The notes under the pieces were generated by a model that searched no databases, had not been told where the DNA came from, and worked only from the letters and a program-made list of their open reading frames with translations. From Octopus sinensis (Eukaryota): a DNA stretch of 64,000 nucleotides. Shown one piece after another: positions 1 through 13,389 of the stretch. The stretch is taken from the NCBI RefSeq assembly GCF_006345805.1, contig NC_042997.1:77934001-77998000 (forward strand), in the 5' to 3' direction. Position 1 is the stretch's first letter. Each line of letters opens with the position of its first letter. Both the position numbers and the translations under genes were made by a program.

Positions 1-1335
1 TAATTATTCATACCTAATGTAGCAGTTTACAATGGTGCCGCTACACCAGTCATTGGGTATGACTCCTTCATGTATCACCTGGTTGACTATATGGGTGACT
101 AGACTATAGCCGACACTGCCAGATATTTTAAGCATCTCTGCGGTGATTCCTGATGGACCAGAGGCTTTCCCTGTCTTCATACCCTTAATTGCTTTATCAA
201 CCAAGGTACTGCCAATTAGGATAGCTGTTTCTTTTCCTTAATAGCTCTGTCAACTACATTGTTCCACCACCACGTTACGTTGGGTCAAGAGATGATTTTG
301 CGCCATCCACAGATCTGGTCAGTAGCCCTCAACAGGTTGTTCTGTAGGAACCTCCAGTTGTCTTCCACATCATGTGATGCTATATCCTCCTCTATTTTGT
401 CAAAAGCTTCGAGTAATATGTCTCTAAATTTCTGTCCATTCGCAAGACCCTTAAGCTTCCAGACCATTCTCTGTGCTGGTTGTCTTCTGGGCATCCATCT
501 AGCCCTGATCCTGAATTCGCTAACAACTCATCTATGTTGTGGGGTGCATTCTTCACCTGGGAAGGTTTTGGCATTTATAAGTAGCCATCCTTCCCATTTC
601 CTGGTGAGGATGTAGTCAATTTGATTAGTGTGTTCACCAGATCGGTAGGTGAATAGGTGACTGGCAGGTTTCTTGGTGTTAGTATTATAAACGATAACAT
701 CATTTGCATCGCAGAACTCCAGCAGCCTGGTCCCCTCCTCATTGGGGGAACCAAAACCATAGCCTCCATGGAAGCCCCTTGCATGTTGTCCAACATGCCC
801 AATGAAGTTGCCAGCAAAGAGAAGGTCCCTGTCATTCATCAACGAGGTAGTCTGCAAGAGGGTGTCATAAAATCGGTCTTTCTGTTCACCAGGTAGCCCT
901 GGCTGAGGGGCATAAGCCAAAATAATGGTTGCTAATCCATGTTGCAACACTAATTTAATCTTAAGTATTCTATCACAGACTCTGACTACTTCAGTTACCT
1001 TATCAAATCATTTCTCTGCAAGAAGTATACCCACACACCCGGCCCCATCAGTGTTCCCTGGCCAGAAAATCTTATACCTATGTTCTTTGCCTGTGAGGAA
1101 ACTAGCAGAACTTCCTCTCCACCTTGCTTATTAGATGCAGCACATATCGACACATCTACGTTGAAGCACCTCAACAATCTAACCAGACCTACTTTTCAGT
1201 GTGCCACCTCTGAGGGTGTGGGCCTGTGAGACCCTGGGATGGGGACTGCTCGCATTTGGCAGAACTCATAAACTTACAATAGCCTTCAACCTGCATACAC
1301 TACACCATCATTTTATGTGCTACATAACCACTACA
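1..1335 (-). mobile_element. RTE-clade LINE, 5' part (AP endonuclease and start of RT), disrupted
   Basis: AYAPQPG...LLFAGNFIGHVG, NQIDYIL and KASGPSGITAEMLK in broken frames; same family as the copy at 63400-64000. Confidence 0.85.
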
Positions 1336-1484
1336 CTACATAGGATATAAACCCCATCATAACTACTTAATGGTAATTAAATGATAATTATAATTACACA
1401 AATGATATCTATGATTGCTGAATTGAATACTAAAATTATTTAAATGATGATTATAGTTATTCAAATAATAATTAAATTACTTAA

Positions 1485-1875
1485 ATCATCATCATCATCA
1501 TCATTTAACGTCCGCTTTCCATGCTAGCATGGGTTGGACGGTTCAACTGGGGTCTGGGGAGCCCGAAGGCTGCACCAGGCCAGTCGGATCTGGCAGTGTT
1601 TCTACAGCTGGATGCCCTTCCTAACGCCAACCACTATGAGAGTGTAGTGGGTGATTTGATGTGCCACCGACACAGGTGCCAGACGAGGCTGGCAGACGGC
1701 CACGCTCGGATGGTGTTTTTTATGTGCCACCGACACAGGTGCCAGATGAGACTGGCAAACGGCCACAATCGGATGGTGTTTGTTACGTGCCCACAGCATG
1801 GAGGCCAGTCGATGCGGTACTGGCTACGGCCACGTTCGGATGGTTTTCTTATGTGCCACCGGCACTGGTACCACA
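1485..1875 (-). mobile_element. SINE-like repeat with RTE-type (GAT)n tail and internal ~63-bp tandem units
   Basis: catcatcatttaacgtccgctttccatgctagcatgggttggacgg; related copies at 43249 and 59797. Confidence 0.8.
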
Positions 1876-1915
1876 AAGATACAAATTCCATTAAATGTTA
1901 ATGATAATTACTTAC

Positions 1916-2094
1916 CGATGACTTGAAGGGTCTTGTTTGATGATAATGCTTCTGCCAGCTGTTTGGCTCCATGATGGGTGACCTGGTTATTTCTGATATC
2001 AAGTCGCCTGAGGTTGCAGTTAGCTTGAAGACCATCACAAAATACAATGAACGGTGTTTCTAGTATGCCAAGGTCATTCCATTCAAGGCAAATA
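1916..2094 (-). CDS. LRRC45: LRRC45 coding exon 5 (179 nt)
   Basis: catcaag| acceptor, G|GTAAGT donor; LEWNDLG...LDIRNNQV LRR repeats. Confidence 0.9.
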
Positions 2095-5000
2095 CTTGAT
2101 GCAGGAGGATATAAAATTCATTTTGTAAATAACAAAGTGATGCTTAACACAATCTGTTTAAATAATTAGTGTTTACATCAGGCTGTCACACTACCATTAA
2201 ATATATTTCTTATTGGTGCTGCTAGTGAAGATGACAATGGCTGTGAAACTGATGAAAATGATGATGGTGGCTGCAGTAAGGATGATGCTAGGTAAAATTA
2301 TGACAATATATTATCTAATTTTTGTGAAATAATGAACCTTTTATTACATAGGCTACAAATTATTGTTGTTATTTTAGTAGTTTCAACTATTTCTGATTTA
2401 GTCAATTTTTCTTCGAGTAGTAGTGCCTTATGTGAAAATTTACCATAACTTACAGAAATTGTCTATGGACTGAGTTTCCAACTACTGTCTGTGTCTTTGC
2501 TGCAGACTTAAATTAAGAAGCTAAATATGTTTTATCATTTTAAATACTTTACTGTGAATAATAGGAAAACTATTTTCATACTACCCAGTTTCTGTTTTCC
2601 TTTAAAATCAATATTTTTTTAATGGTTTATTTAAAACATGTCAAGTAAATAGTTTAAAATTTATGTCAATTTAAGGAACATCTAAATTGATTTTCATTAG
2701 TAGCCACTATATTTAGCTGAAGATGATACTAGGTTTGACTGACTTGAATCACTGCCTCTTATTTTCAGCAGTTTTTTGTCTATAATGAAGCTTATCCCAA
2801 AATAGCATATGCTTTCTGTTCTCACAGCATAACATTTTTGACGGCATTTCCTTAGCTCCAATCAGAATCTAATGTGACATATTTAATACTTAGGGGTCAT
2901 ACAGTTTGTCCTTTGTAAATCTTATTGCAAATCGATGGAATGATACAGATACAATTTTTCAATTCTTTCATCTCTTAAACTGGTTTAATGCTGGTGATAT
3001 ACTATGGAATGCAGTGTTATTCATGAACACCTATTCTGCTGTTATTTTGACCAGAAATACATTGTATATTCCTAGCCAGATCATTACAATAAAACAGAGC
3101 CACAGTGGATTCTGCTTTTATTTCAATCTGATCTTTGTGAGTGGATAGAGGTGTTAGGTATTGTGCTGAGCTTTAATTTTCCAAAATGTCCTAAAAATAT
3201 GTAGTAAATCAAATTTTAAGTCAATAAATAAGAATTTAGCTCCTTGACTACAGATTAACTCTAATAAATTATTTGAACCTAATCTTTACAACGTGATTTT
3301 TAAGACTTTGTTTTTTAGCTATGAGAATATTCTAAATTGACCCTGGGAATATAATTTTGTAATTTTGTTATCTCCATATCTAAATGAACATGTGTTTAAG
3401 AAAAAATCTGAAATACTGAAATTCTAAAATTCAAGATCAGTCATGAGGACGGAATATATAAGATACCAGGGTATAAGAGATGGATATATGGCTTAGGAAT
3501 AGCATTTTAAACTGAACCTAATATGTACAGATTTTTTGTATGCCTCTTGTCTCATGCATTTCCTGCTAGATGTGAGATAGGCCATAAGTTATCCCAGTTT
3601 GCACAACATTAAGGATTTGGAAAACATTTTTCTTGGGCATAGCTGAGCACATTAATTATAATAATCAAACAGTTACATATCAGTTATCTGACAAAAGGTA
3701 CCTGTTTACAGATGAATGGAGAAAGCGTACATATTTTAATCACTCTTGGAAATGCAGCCACCATCTAGCTGATATTTAAATAAAAACAAGGTTCAAAAGT
3801 ACTACTATTCATTCAAAAAGTAGAGAGCAACATTTCAATAGCTTATAGAATTTTCTTTGTTCCTTATATTCCTATAGTCAGTAAAAGGGTTATTGAATAA
3901 TCAAACAGAAAAAGAAAATTCACCTGGTCAAACAGTTGTTGTTGCGAAGCATGTATCCCAAACTTTCAACAGTGTTACCTCTTATTTGATTTCCCTGTGA
4001 AGACAAAAGACAAACAGTAACAAATAATAATTAAAAAAAGTAGACAGAATAATAGACTAGTTTTAGTAACTACTTCCAGCTTAAGATGCATGCTTTTCAA
4101 TGTCTTTTTTTATGTACATATAGGAATATATGTTCATTTTAAATTATTAAACATTATGAGCCCTAATTAAAATAAAAATTAATAAAAATAGTGCTAAGTG
4201 GTTGATGACTTTATCTGAGAAACAAGTGAGATACTTGTAGAGATTGAATATGACAATCAAATACCTAATTTGAGAAATCAAGCTAGCATGTGTAACTGTA
4301 GTTGTAGTTCTTACTAAGCAAGAGATACATACATAGTTCAAGTCCAGTCAATGAGTCTGCGGTAGTCTTTAAGTCTCAATTAACTGCTTAAAATGTTTAC
4401 TATTGATTACATTAATACCATATCTGTTAATTTATAGCATAAAGATATATACAAGGTGGTATCAAAAAGTTCCCAGACTAGTTATGTTTAATAAAAAATA
4501 ACTTGTGTACCTAAGTTTTAACATTATCTCCTGCAACAATTTACTGGTTCAAGGGTTCCTGCCACTTTTGGAATCTGGCCTAAAATTCATTTTCCATGAG
4601 TTGAGGACTTTCAGCAATTCGCTTTTGATCATGACAACGGTGTTAAAACAGTGACTTTTAGCTGCATTTTCATCTTGGGCAAGAGATGGAAGTCTATAGA
4701 TTCTAAATCCGGTGAATAGTGTGGGTGTGGAAGTAATACCATGTTGTTTCCGGTAAGAAACTTGTGAGTGAGGAGAGCTTGGTGACAGGGTACATTGTTG
4801 TTGTGAAGAATCCAGTTCTTCATGCCCCACAGATCTGGTCACTTTCACCAAACGTCCTCCCTCAAATACTTCAAAATGTTCATTGTCCTCTGATCCTCTT
4901 TATGCACAAGCTGATTAATTTTCTCCACATTTCTGGGGGTGATACTCATGGCAGGTTTTCTGGATTGCTCATTGTCATTCAGAGATGTTCTTCCATTTTT

Positions 5001-8000
5001 TAAGTGCTCGTGCCACTAAAAACATTGCATACCACCCATTGCCTTGTCGCCATAAGTTTGCTGAAACATGCTCAATGTTCCTGTAGCAGACTTCACAATT
5101 TTAAAATTTCACATTGGCTCTTTGTTCCAACTTCCTATCTATGACAAAAATTGTAGACTACAGCATACATGTGATCACAAAAACACAAATCTTGAGAAGT
5201 AAACACTGCGATATCACTCAGCACACTGCCTCATGAAGGTCACTGCCCGCTCTCACTGTGCACGCGACTGAGTACTGTCATCTGTTGGCACATTACAGAA
5301 CTAGTTCAGAAACTTTTTGATACTATCTTATATGTTAATGGGTGCTTTTTTGTACCACCTTACAGTATACAGGGTAGAATGAGTTTATTGTTGTGAGAGG
5401 ATGGCATTAGAAGTTGCAGTATGATGGTACGAAGGGTGGAGAGTGATGGGGTAATGGAAACAGAGAGAGTGTGGGCAAGAAGGTGCTGCAAACATTCCTT
5501 CTCATTAAGGTTTATTTTCAATGTGTCAAAAATTAATTTTGGTTCACTACATGAAGTATGTCAGACTGCACTTTATATGTTTTTCATGTAGGGAAACATC
5601 CCAGTGTCATCAATTTAAGTATGTAAATCAGTGAATTATCTTCACAAAAAAAACTATATCCTTTCAGTCATTCTATGATCTAATGAGTATATATTAAACT
5701 ATATTTCACTGATGAGGTCTAATAATACTAAAACATGTCCTGAATTGATATGGCACCAAATATCAGACTTACTCTGCACTTCTTATCTCCATATATGAGA
5801 GGGTGCCCAAAAGGAACCGGAGTTTTGTGATATAATTTTATTCATTTAGTTTTACATGTTTACACTTTTATCACCTTCAAAGTATTTTCTATTTGAAGCA
5901 ATGCATCTGTCCAGGCACATTTTCCACTATTTGAAGCAGTGCTGAAACTCTTGCAAAGTGATGCTTTTCAACACCTCCATCATTTTTTTTCTTCACTTTT
6001 TCTACATCTTCAAATTCCATAGCACTAGCTTTTGTCACCAGTGATAACCTTCAAAAAAGGTCCAGATCAACTTCCAACTGTTCTTTCAGTTCACGGCATG
6101 AATTCAGTCATGACTGCTTTTGATTTTCTGTGAGCAAGTGAGGCACAAATTTTGCTGCAACTCTTTTCATTTGCAATTCCTCACTTAAAATTTGTTGGCA
6201 AGAGCTCCAGGGCACACCAGTCATATCAACAAGTTCGTCAATTGTTTGGTGACAGTCTTCCAAGATCAGTTCATGAATTTTCCTGATGTTTTCATTTGTT
6301 TGGGAGGTTGACAGTCACCCTGAACGAGCTTGGTCTTCGAGTGACAAGTGACCATTCCTAAAGCATGGAAACCACTCATAAACTTGTGTTTTGCTCATGA
6401 CACCATCCTTGTAAGCTGTTTAAAGCATGAAAGTGTTTCAGCTGCTGTTTTCCCAGCAGAAAACAGAATTTCACAGAAGCATACCAGTCATATCAACAAG
6501 TTCATCAATTGTTTGGTGACAGTCTTCCAAGATCAGTTCATGAATTTTCATGATGTTTTCATTCGTTTGGGAGGTCAACAGTTGTCCTGAATGAGTTTGG
6601 TCTTCAAGTGACAATTCCTAAAGCATGGAAACCACTCATAAACTTGTGTTTTGCTCATGACACCATCCTTGTAAGCTGTTTAAAGCATGACAAGTGTGTC
6701 AGCTACTGTTTTCCCCAGCAGAAAACAAAATTTCACAGAAGCACACTGTTGTTTTGTTTCAGCCATTGCAAAAATCAATGAATAGGGAAGAAGCACTGCA
6801 AAACAAAGATGCACCACTTGTCAGTAGGACTACACCTGATGCAGCTGGTTGGCAGACTGGTATGTGGCTTCTAGTGGTGGAAGCCTGAACTACAACAGGT
6901 TTGTCCCACAGAGAATGCTTCTGGTTACTTTTGGGTATCCCCTCATGATTTTTAAATAATTTAAATTTCAAATGTCTCTCACTTGCCTTCTCTGACAAGA
7001 AAAATTATTAAACATTAATGATTTTCCTTTTGATGGATTTTATTTCAATTGGTTAAGGATTACTTTTGACTCACTTACATTAAGTATATCAGCTGGAATT
7101 AACCAATTTATATTGTTGCAATTTTTCCCTTTTAGTGACTAAATATTTTTCAATATCTATATGTTGTGTTTCACTTGTTTTAATATTTTATAAAATGTGT
7201 TGGGTGTATCTATGTAATAGTTTTTATATACAGTTCGCATCAGATATCAATAGTTTCCTCAGTTACGTTAAGCAACATAACATTTTGTTGTTATGTGATC
7301 GATGAGTCTAAATTCATTCTTGATTAAGCAGATCTAGAGCATGTAGCTAACTGGCTGAATAACTATGTGCAATTAACAGATCATAGCTCCAGATATGCCA
7401 TACAGCCATCTAGTTGAAGATAATAGAGTACATCTCATATGCAGAGTATAATTGTAGTGGTGCAGTGTTGTAGTTTATGAATTTTTGCTCTTTAAGAGAC
7501 AGAACTTTCTAAAACAGGGTACACTGTTCATAAACTTCTATATTATCTCCAGCTATCTCATATTTTTGCATTCACAAACTGTTGTTTAAATATATGCCAT
7601 TTATATTTAAAATAATGCTCAAGTCTACTTTTTTTATGATTTTGGCTTTACTATATTTCCATGCTCAAAGATATGACACTGCTTTATAAAGATATGTGAA
7701 CTCAAGTGATAATGTTTGAAGCAATGATCAACAAAAGCAGAGATCATCATTTATATATATAATCAGAAGATATTTTAATGTGCAATTAGTATGAAACTGT
7801 GTTTTATATCAATTTATATTATATAGTTTTGTAGTTAGTATTATCTGATAGAGATGAATTGTTGACAGAATTCTTGAACATAAAAATAGCTTACTTTTAG
7901 GTTTAGCTTTCTAACAGAAGTATTGGAGGCCAATCCATGAAGAATTGCTTGCATTCCTGAAATACGAGGAAACAATGAAATATGATTTGGGATGGTTTTT

Positions 8001-9322
8001 AAGTACTAACATGATTACACATATTTAGATTGAGTAAAGTTTTGTAAACAAAAATGTTTATTCACAGAACTGTACTGACCCTATTTTGCTTCCATATTAT
8101 CTCTTACAGTTTTAAACCCAGTTTCTCAGGTTATAATGGCTGGAATAACTTTTGTTAATTTTATCATTTATGTATTGTTGAAGTAACTGTAACAACATAG
8201 TATCTTATCTGCCATGAATCACTCAACTGTTATAAAGTGGCTGAAAAAGGGTTCTTATAAAATCAAAAATATTTAGAATGCTCGATACAGACTACTACTA
8301 AAAATCTGTGGAGCTAGTAATATTAGTGTAAACACACAAATAAAAATCATTAATGTAAACACACAGATGAAAATACAGGGAAGAGTATTTGTGATTCTTT
8401 CTATGAGAAAAGTGTGTAAAATATGAGCAATACTTTTCTTTAAGAAACATTAATGAACAACAAATAGATATACTGATAGCTTTGTTCAATAAAATGGTTT
8501 TTGTTTTTTAAAATAAAAGGAAAATGCAATATAAAAGTTATTGTGATGGTCTGATACTATTAGTCAAGACTATAGGATACAGTAAACCATAATAATTTAA
8601 AATGTAGCTAGGTAAAGAGAAGAATGATAGAATGTTATACCTTCTGGACATATCATACAGTCTGAGAATCTTAATTCATTGATAGTTTCATCAAAAGACA
8701 GAGCTTTGCCAAGGATACCACACATGTCAGCACAGATACTCATATGAGATAAGTCAAGCAACAAGGTGTCATTTCTATAAGGCAAAAATAACAGTGACAA
8801 CTTTTTGCTTACAGTGAAAATATTTAAATCATTGATACAGTGCGTAATAATTGTGCTAGTTTGATTTTAGTTTTTGTTAATGTGACATTTGATAATAACA
8901 ATATGTTAGCCCAATGTAAAGTATGACACCAAACTAGTGCCAGTAGGGGAACACCTTATGTCATTACTTAACCTGCTAGAATTAGCAGCTAAATTTCTCA
9001 CATATCATTACCATCTTATAAAAGGAAAGATTTGGATAATGAATTCCTAGATACATTATGTCGGAATAAACATTTTAAAAATATATGATAAATTAGATAT
9101 TTATGCAGGAGAACAAATGTACAGACACAAGATCTTAAAATATATTCATATACACATGTGATAAAGTTGATTTTTTCCCAAACTTTAGAGAGGCAATAGA
9201 CTAAAGGAAGATTAAAACAAAAACAATGTTACTTACCGTGGGAGTCTTTCTAAAAGCTCAGAATCTGGCTTAAGATGCTTTTCTTTACAGAGTTTCAGGA
9301 ATAAAGTGAAGAACATACCCAT
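1916..9322 (-). CDS. LRRC45: Leucine-rich repeat-containing protein 45, 5' part; join(9322-9237, 8774-8641, 7956-7895, 3994-3924, 2094-1916); continues beyond the left edge
   Basis: Manual splicing gives a phase-consistent frame with GT-AG introns: MGMFFTLFLKLCKEKHLKPDSELLERLPR-NDTLLLDLSHMSICADMCGILGKALSFDETINELRFSDCMICPEG-MQAILHGLASNTSVRKLNLK-GNQIRGNTVESLGYMLRNNNCLTS-ICLEWNDLGILETPFIVFCDGLQANCNLRRLDIRNNQVTHHGAKQLAEALSSNKTLQVI. This matches the LRRC45 N-terminus as I recall it (LSDCML, LEWN.LG, LDLRNNQI motifs). Confidence 0.9.
3924..3994 (-). CDS. LRRC45: LRRC45 coding exon 4 (71 nt)
   Basis: cttcacag| acceptor, CAG|GTGAAT donor; GNQIRGNTVESLGYMLRNNNCLT. Confidence 0.9.
4452..5330 (-). mobile_element. 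Mariner element, internally deleted
   Basis: Imperfect TIRs caaggtggtatcaaaaagtt / aactttttgatactatctta with TA flanks; WILHNNNVPCH and PHYSPDLESIDF remnants. Confidence 0.8.
5796..6945 (-). mobile_element. Mariner element, deleted, with internal tandem duplication
   Basis: TIRs tgagagggtgcccaaaaggaaccgg / ctggttacttttgggtatcccctca; MKRVAAKFVP remnant on the minus strand. Confidence 0.75.
7895..7956 (-). CDS. LRRC45: LRRC45 coding exon 3 (62 nt)
   Basis: tttcag| acceptor, |GTAAGC donor; GMQAILHGLASNTSVRKLNLK. Confidence 0.88.
8641..8774 (-). CDS. LRRC45: LRRC45 coding exon 2 (134 nt)
   Basis: ttatag| acceptor, AAG|GTATAA donor; LDL...FSDCMICPEG. Confidence 0.9.
9237..9322 (-). CDS. LRRC45: LRRC45 first coding exon (86 nt coding)
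   Basis: ATG at 9322; donor CG|GTAAGT at 9237/9236; phase 2. Confidence 0.8.
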
Positions 9323-10329
9323 TGTTTAACTGACTACCTACAAACTTTTCCAAAGTGATCAGATTTTTATTAATGCTGTTAAAAATAAAAATTGGAAAAT
9401 ATGTATATGGAAATGCTAAAACCAAGAGTAGTTTACCTGGTTATTTTTATAAATAATGTTATTAAAATATGCTGTTTGTTAGGAAACCAGTTGAATTAGT
9501 AGGCTTGTCATAGTCTGCATCAACCCTTTTGATATCAATCCACCTGAGATTGCCCTTAGTTTTATAATATAAATTTTCTGTGTTAAAGTACTGTATGTAC
9601 TTGTGGACATGTTGCACCAGTGGATAGGTCGCACCCTTAGTTTGGGGTTGTCAAAATAGGTATTTCTGGTTGACTTGCAGATAGATTGCCCTATAAAAAA
9701 ATGTATTAATTGTTTTTTATCAAATTTGGTACATTGATATAATTTTTCAAGTTGAATCTGATTTATTTCCTCACTTGTTCCAGAAAAATTTTAGAAGAAT
9801 GTTCACTAAAAATATGTGACTAATTGATTAACCCCAGGTCATCCACTGGTTGTACTGACCATAATCACCAAACCTAAACACAAAGTCTAACCCTGAACCC
9901 TAACTCAATTCCTAAACCCTAAACACCAACTCTAAACTCGAACTCTAGTGTATCTCAAACTTTCATTTCACATGACTTTACTAATTTAAACTTATTAAAA
10001 CTTCAAAACATTTTACAACCTTTGTCTTCATAATATATTGCTTATATTTTGTTTAATAAAAATTATCGCACAGAAAATGCCAACTTCCAAATCCTGTTTT
10101 CTGATTGGATACAAATAATTAAACTTTAAACCCCTGTAACATTTTGCTAAAATTTTTCTTATGAAAAATTCCATCAATATACGGAATTTGAAAATATTCA
10201 CTTAATTTTAAAATTTCAAAAAGTGAAAACCAAACAGAAAAGATCCATAAGTTAAATATTTAATTTTAACCCACTTAATTCTTTTTGGAGTAAATTACTG
10301 CTCTAAAGATTGTGTTGGTATCATCCCCC

Positions 10330-11860
10330 AAATACAATCCAAAACTCTTGATCTCTTTCTCACTGCCAAACTGTCACCGCCTTGCAGCTATCAGTTCATC
10401 TGGCCATAACATAATCAAGGCTACCCACTGTATTTCTACTTACTACACAACACCCTGCCTCACAAATACAATGGCACTTTGAGTTAGCCAACCGGTTAAT
10501 ACTCTGCAAGTGTTATGACAACTATCCTTGCAAATGACCTTCACACCCAACTAATCCATGACAGCTAAGCAAGTAACCAAAACCATCCTGTTATGTATGA
10601 CCTTTCACATTTGTCATACAAACAAAGCATATAACCCAAATTCTTCAATGTAGTTATACTACAATAGTATAGGTTCACATAAAAATCTTGGTTCTTTCAA
10701 CAAAACAAAGTCATAATCACTGATCATCTTTATCTAGTACCTCACTCTTTCCGATTTTGAAAACAATAATACAGGTGGAAAGCATGGCCTACATGAAAAA
10801 AAGTGACCCTACCCATTGGATAGCTATTGCTCTACATACTGAGTACAGCCTGTAAGATTTCCCTTAAGAGTCTTTACAAACTTTGTGAAATCCTTGTATC
10901 TATCACTCTTGAACTATAATGGCTCTGTAAGCATACATAGGAAGAGAAAGCATCTGTTGCCTACTTTGCATCCAACTCTGCAACACACACAGAGAAAAAC
11001 TCCACGAAAACCATCCTTCTTTCGCAAACCAGTCTCATTACCACATACAAGCAAAGTATAAAAATATCTCCAGTAGCTTTAAACTAATAAGACCATCACT
11101 GTCCCTACTATTACTTTCAAATAGTGTGCTCCAGAGCTAGCCCCTATGTTTGGCAAACCTTTGAATCTTTCCATCTCTAGAGGGATCCATTGCCATCTTT
11201 GGAAACATGAAACTCTATGTCCTGTTCTCTAGAAAGGTAGCTGTTCCAACTGCCCACCTATCACTCTCATTTCCACTATCTCACCTCCAACACCAGGAAT
11301 CTTTTTCCCCTACTCAATGAACACAACAAGGTTTCTGCAGAGCAAGATCTACTGACATCAAATCACCAGTGGTTCTTAAGTGAAAAATCTAAGGAAAGTA
11401 ATGTCATTACATTTACATTGAGTAAAATATCTGTGTCTGGACAGAGACTTTGGGGGCTAAGTTAACTGCTTACAAGCTTATCCATCCCTTAGGTTGGATG
11501 CTTCTTGTCAGAGTACATTACTAAGTGTGCATTGATGAAGCTCTCATTGACCCACACTTTCAACCTACTAACTGTCACCTCTACTGACAGTCACATCTTT
11601 GCAGATAATGCCATTCCTTCCTAACCTTCTGTACAAAGGTGAAATCCATATGTGCACCTAAACACATCATATCAAACCTGCAGCATCTCAGCAAACAGAG
11701 ATCTTCAAATATTTTCACCTGGAACATAAAAATCTTGGTTCTTTCAACAAAACAAAGTCATAATCACTGATCATCTTTACCTAGTACCTCACTCTTTCCG
11801 ATTTTGAAAACATATAATTAAAATTCTCAAAGATGCTACTATATACCAAACCTCACAACA
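10330..11860 (+). mobile_element. Decayed LINE RT fragment (clade not assigned)
   Basis: IFADNA (FADD-like) near 11600 and other degenerate RT-like peptide pieces; no long ORF. Confidence 0.45.
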
Positions 11861-11902
11861 ACTACTGACTTGTCTCAGCAATCTCATGTTCATAGTACAA
11901 CA

Positions 11903-12155
11903 CTGAGGTTCTCAACCATTTTTTGCCTTTGGACCCCTTTGATTCCTATTTTACTCTACAGGATCTCCACAACCATTCACAGTATATAAAAAAATATCAC
12001 TGTATTTTTATACTCAAATATTATTAGGAATTGTATAAGAAAAATTTTAATATTTTGTGTATTGCAGAAGTACAACCAATTTATTGCGCATAAATTTTAA
12101 CAAAATCTTATATGGACTCCCCTAGAACAATATGAATCCCGGTTGAGAACAGCAC
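11903..12155. mobile_element. hAT-like MITE
   Basis: Terminal inverted ggttctcaacc / ggttgagaac, resembling Charlie-type ends. Confidence 0.5.
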
Positions 12156-13149
12156 TAAGCATATACCCATGCTTTATGTTGCTAACGCAGACATCAACTC
12201 ACTAGTTTCAGAGGGCCTGCGTTGGTCACGGGCACAGCTCTTTCTTTCAGATTAAACCAACGAAAAAAAAAAATCAATTTGATTAGCGTCATTATGTCAA
12301 TGTCCTGTTGGAAAAGCAATATATTTTAAAGAGAGAAGGATATTGTGAGCTTCCTTAAAGCACTGACTATCATTTCAATGCCTCATCACTCTTCTAATAA
12401 TGTTAATTCCTCATATTGGAGAAGGATGACAAATTAGTAGAGACAGGCATTTTTGGTTGGTTAAAATGAAATTCAGTATTTTATACGAGCTTATTTTATT
12501 GACATCCGAAAAATAAAAGATAAAAATTTACACTAAGAAAGTAAAAGGACTAAAATAAATTGTGGAAGATATTTAGGAGAGAATATAGTCTAAGTTAAAT
12601 AAGGAATTGAAGTGAAAGAGTAATGGTAATATGTGGGTGGGGGTGAGAGTATCAGCCAAGAGAAAGAGGAAGGAGAAAGCTAGAATTAAAAAGAAGGTAG
12701 GGAAAGTCAGGTAGGCAGTGAGGTGGTGTACAGTGGAGAGAAGATGAGGAAGCAACAAACCGACCACACCTAGAAAGCTGTAGTTTACATTTACAAAAGT
12801 GACATGGGAGTGAGGTGATCTAACGTTTCTGCCACTGCACTGCACTTCTAAAATTATTTGAAAGTAAAACTTTAATATCAAATTTGAAAATATAAATTAA
12901 GTTTTAAACTTTTTAATAGATTTATATACTCACAATCACAAAAGTTTTGTCGGATATTTGTAGCGGACATCTTTTTAGCTAGTGACATATTTTCATAATG
13001 TTTTACCAGTGACAATAAAAAAATTTTTACAGTGCATTATAAAGGACAGCTTTGCTGCTGCTATAACAACGTTGTTTTATACACCTGGGACAATGATAGT
13101 GGCGGTGGGTAATTAAGTTGTTATGACAACATAACATATTTTTACTTTT

Positions 13150-13350
13150 TGGTGGAGAATAACTTCCGCTTCTTTCCCTCGCCGGACGTTTTCGTTCTGT
13201 TCTTTTCTGCTGATGTTGCCATTTCGTCCTATTTTGATTTTACCTTGGAACTCCTTTATTTTACGTGCTAGTGTAGCGGAAAATACCGTAGTTTTACGGC
13301 TGAAACTAATTTAATCATCGTGTACCTCACAAGAAACGTTAAAAGCACTC
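13150..13350 (-). promoter_or_regulatory. Candidate LRRC45 promoter / 5' UTR exon
   Basis: Local CpG enrichment, Ets-like CTTCCG and CGGAAAT motifs, and a minus-strand donor AAG|GTAAAA at 13244. The first coding exon has an upstream acceptor, so a non-coding exon is needed. Confidence 0.3.
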
Positions 13351-13389
13351 GCACATACAATTGGGAAATTTAACTAATATCCTGGCAAT

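Noticed and set aside
1-1335. Window-spanning inverted repeat with 63400-64000
   Set aside because: Two independent, diverged insertions of a common RTE family; not one element.
1659-1875. CRISPR-like repeat-spacer appearance
   Set aside because: The intervening segments are homologous to each other, so these are tandem units within a eukaryotic SINE; no cas genes are present.
5703-5748. CTGATGA...AAAAC-AT-GTC motif
   Set aside because: G12 is lost and helices are broken; counted only as a decayed relic. The motif at about 22870-22920 is similar.
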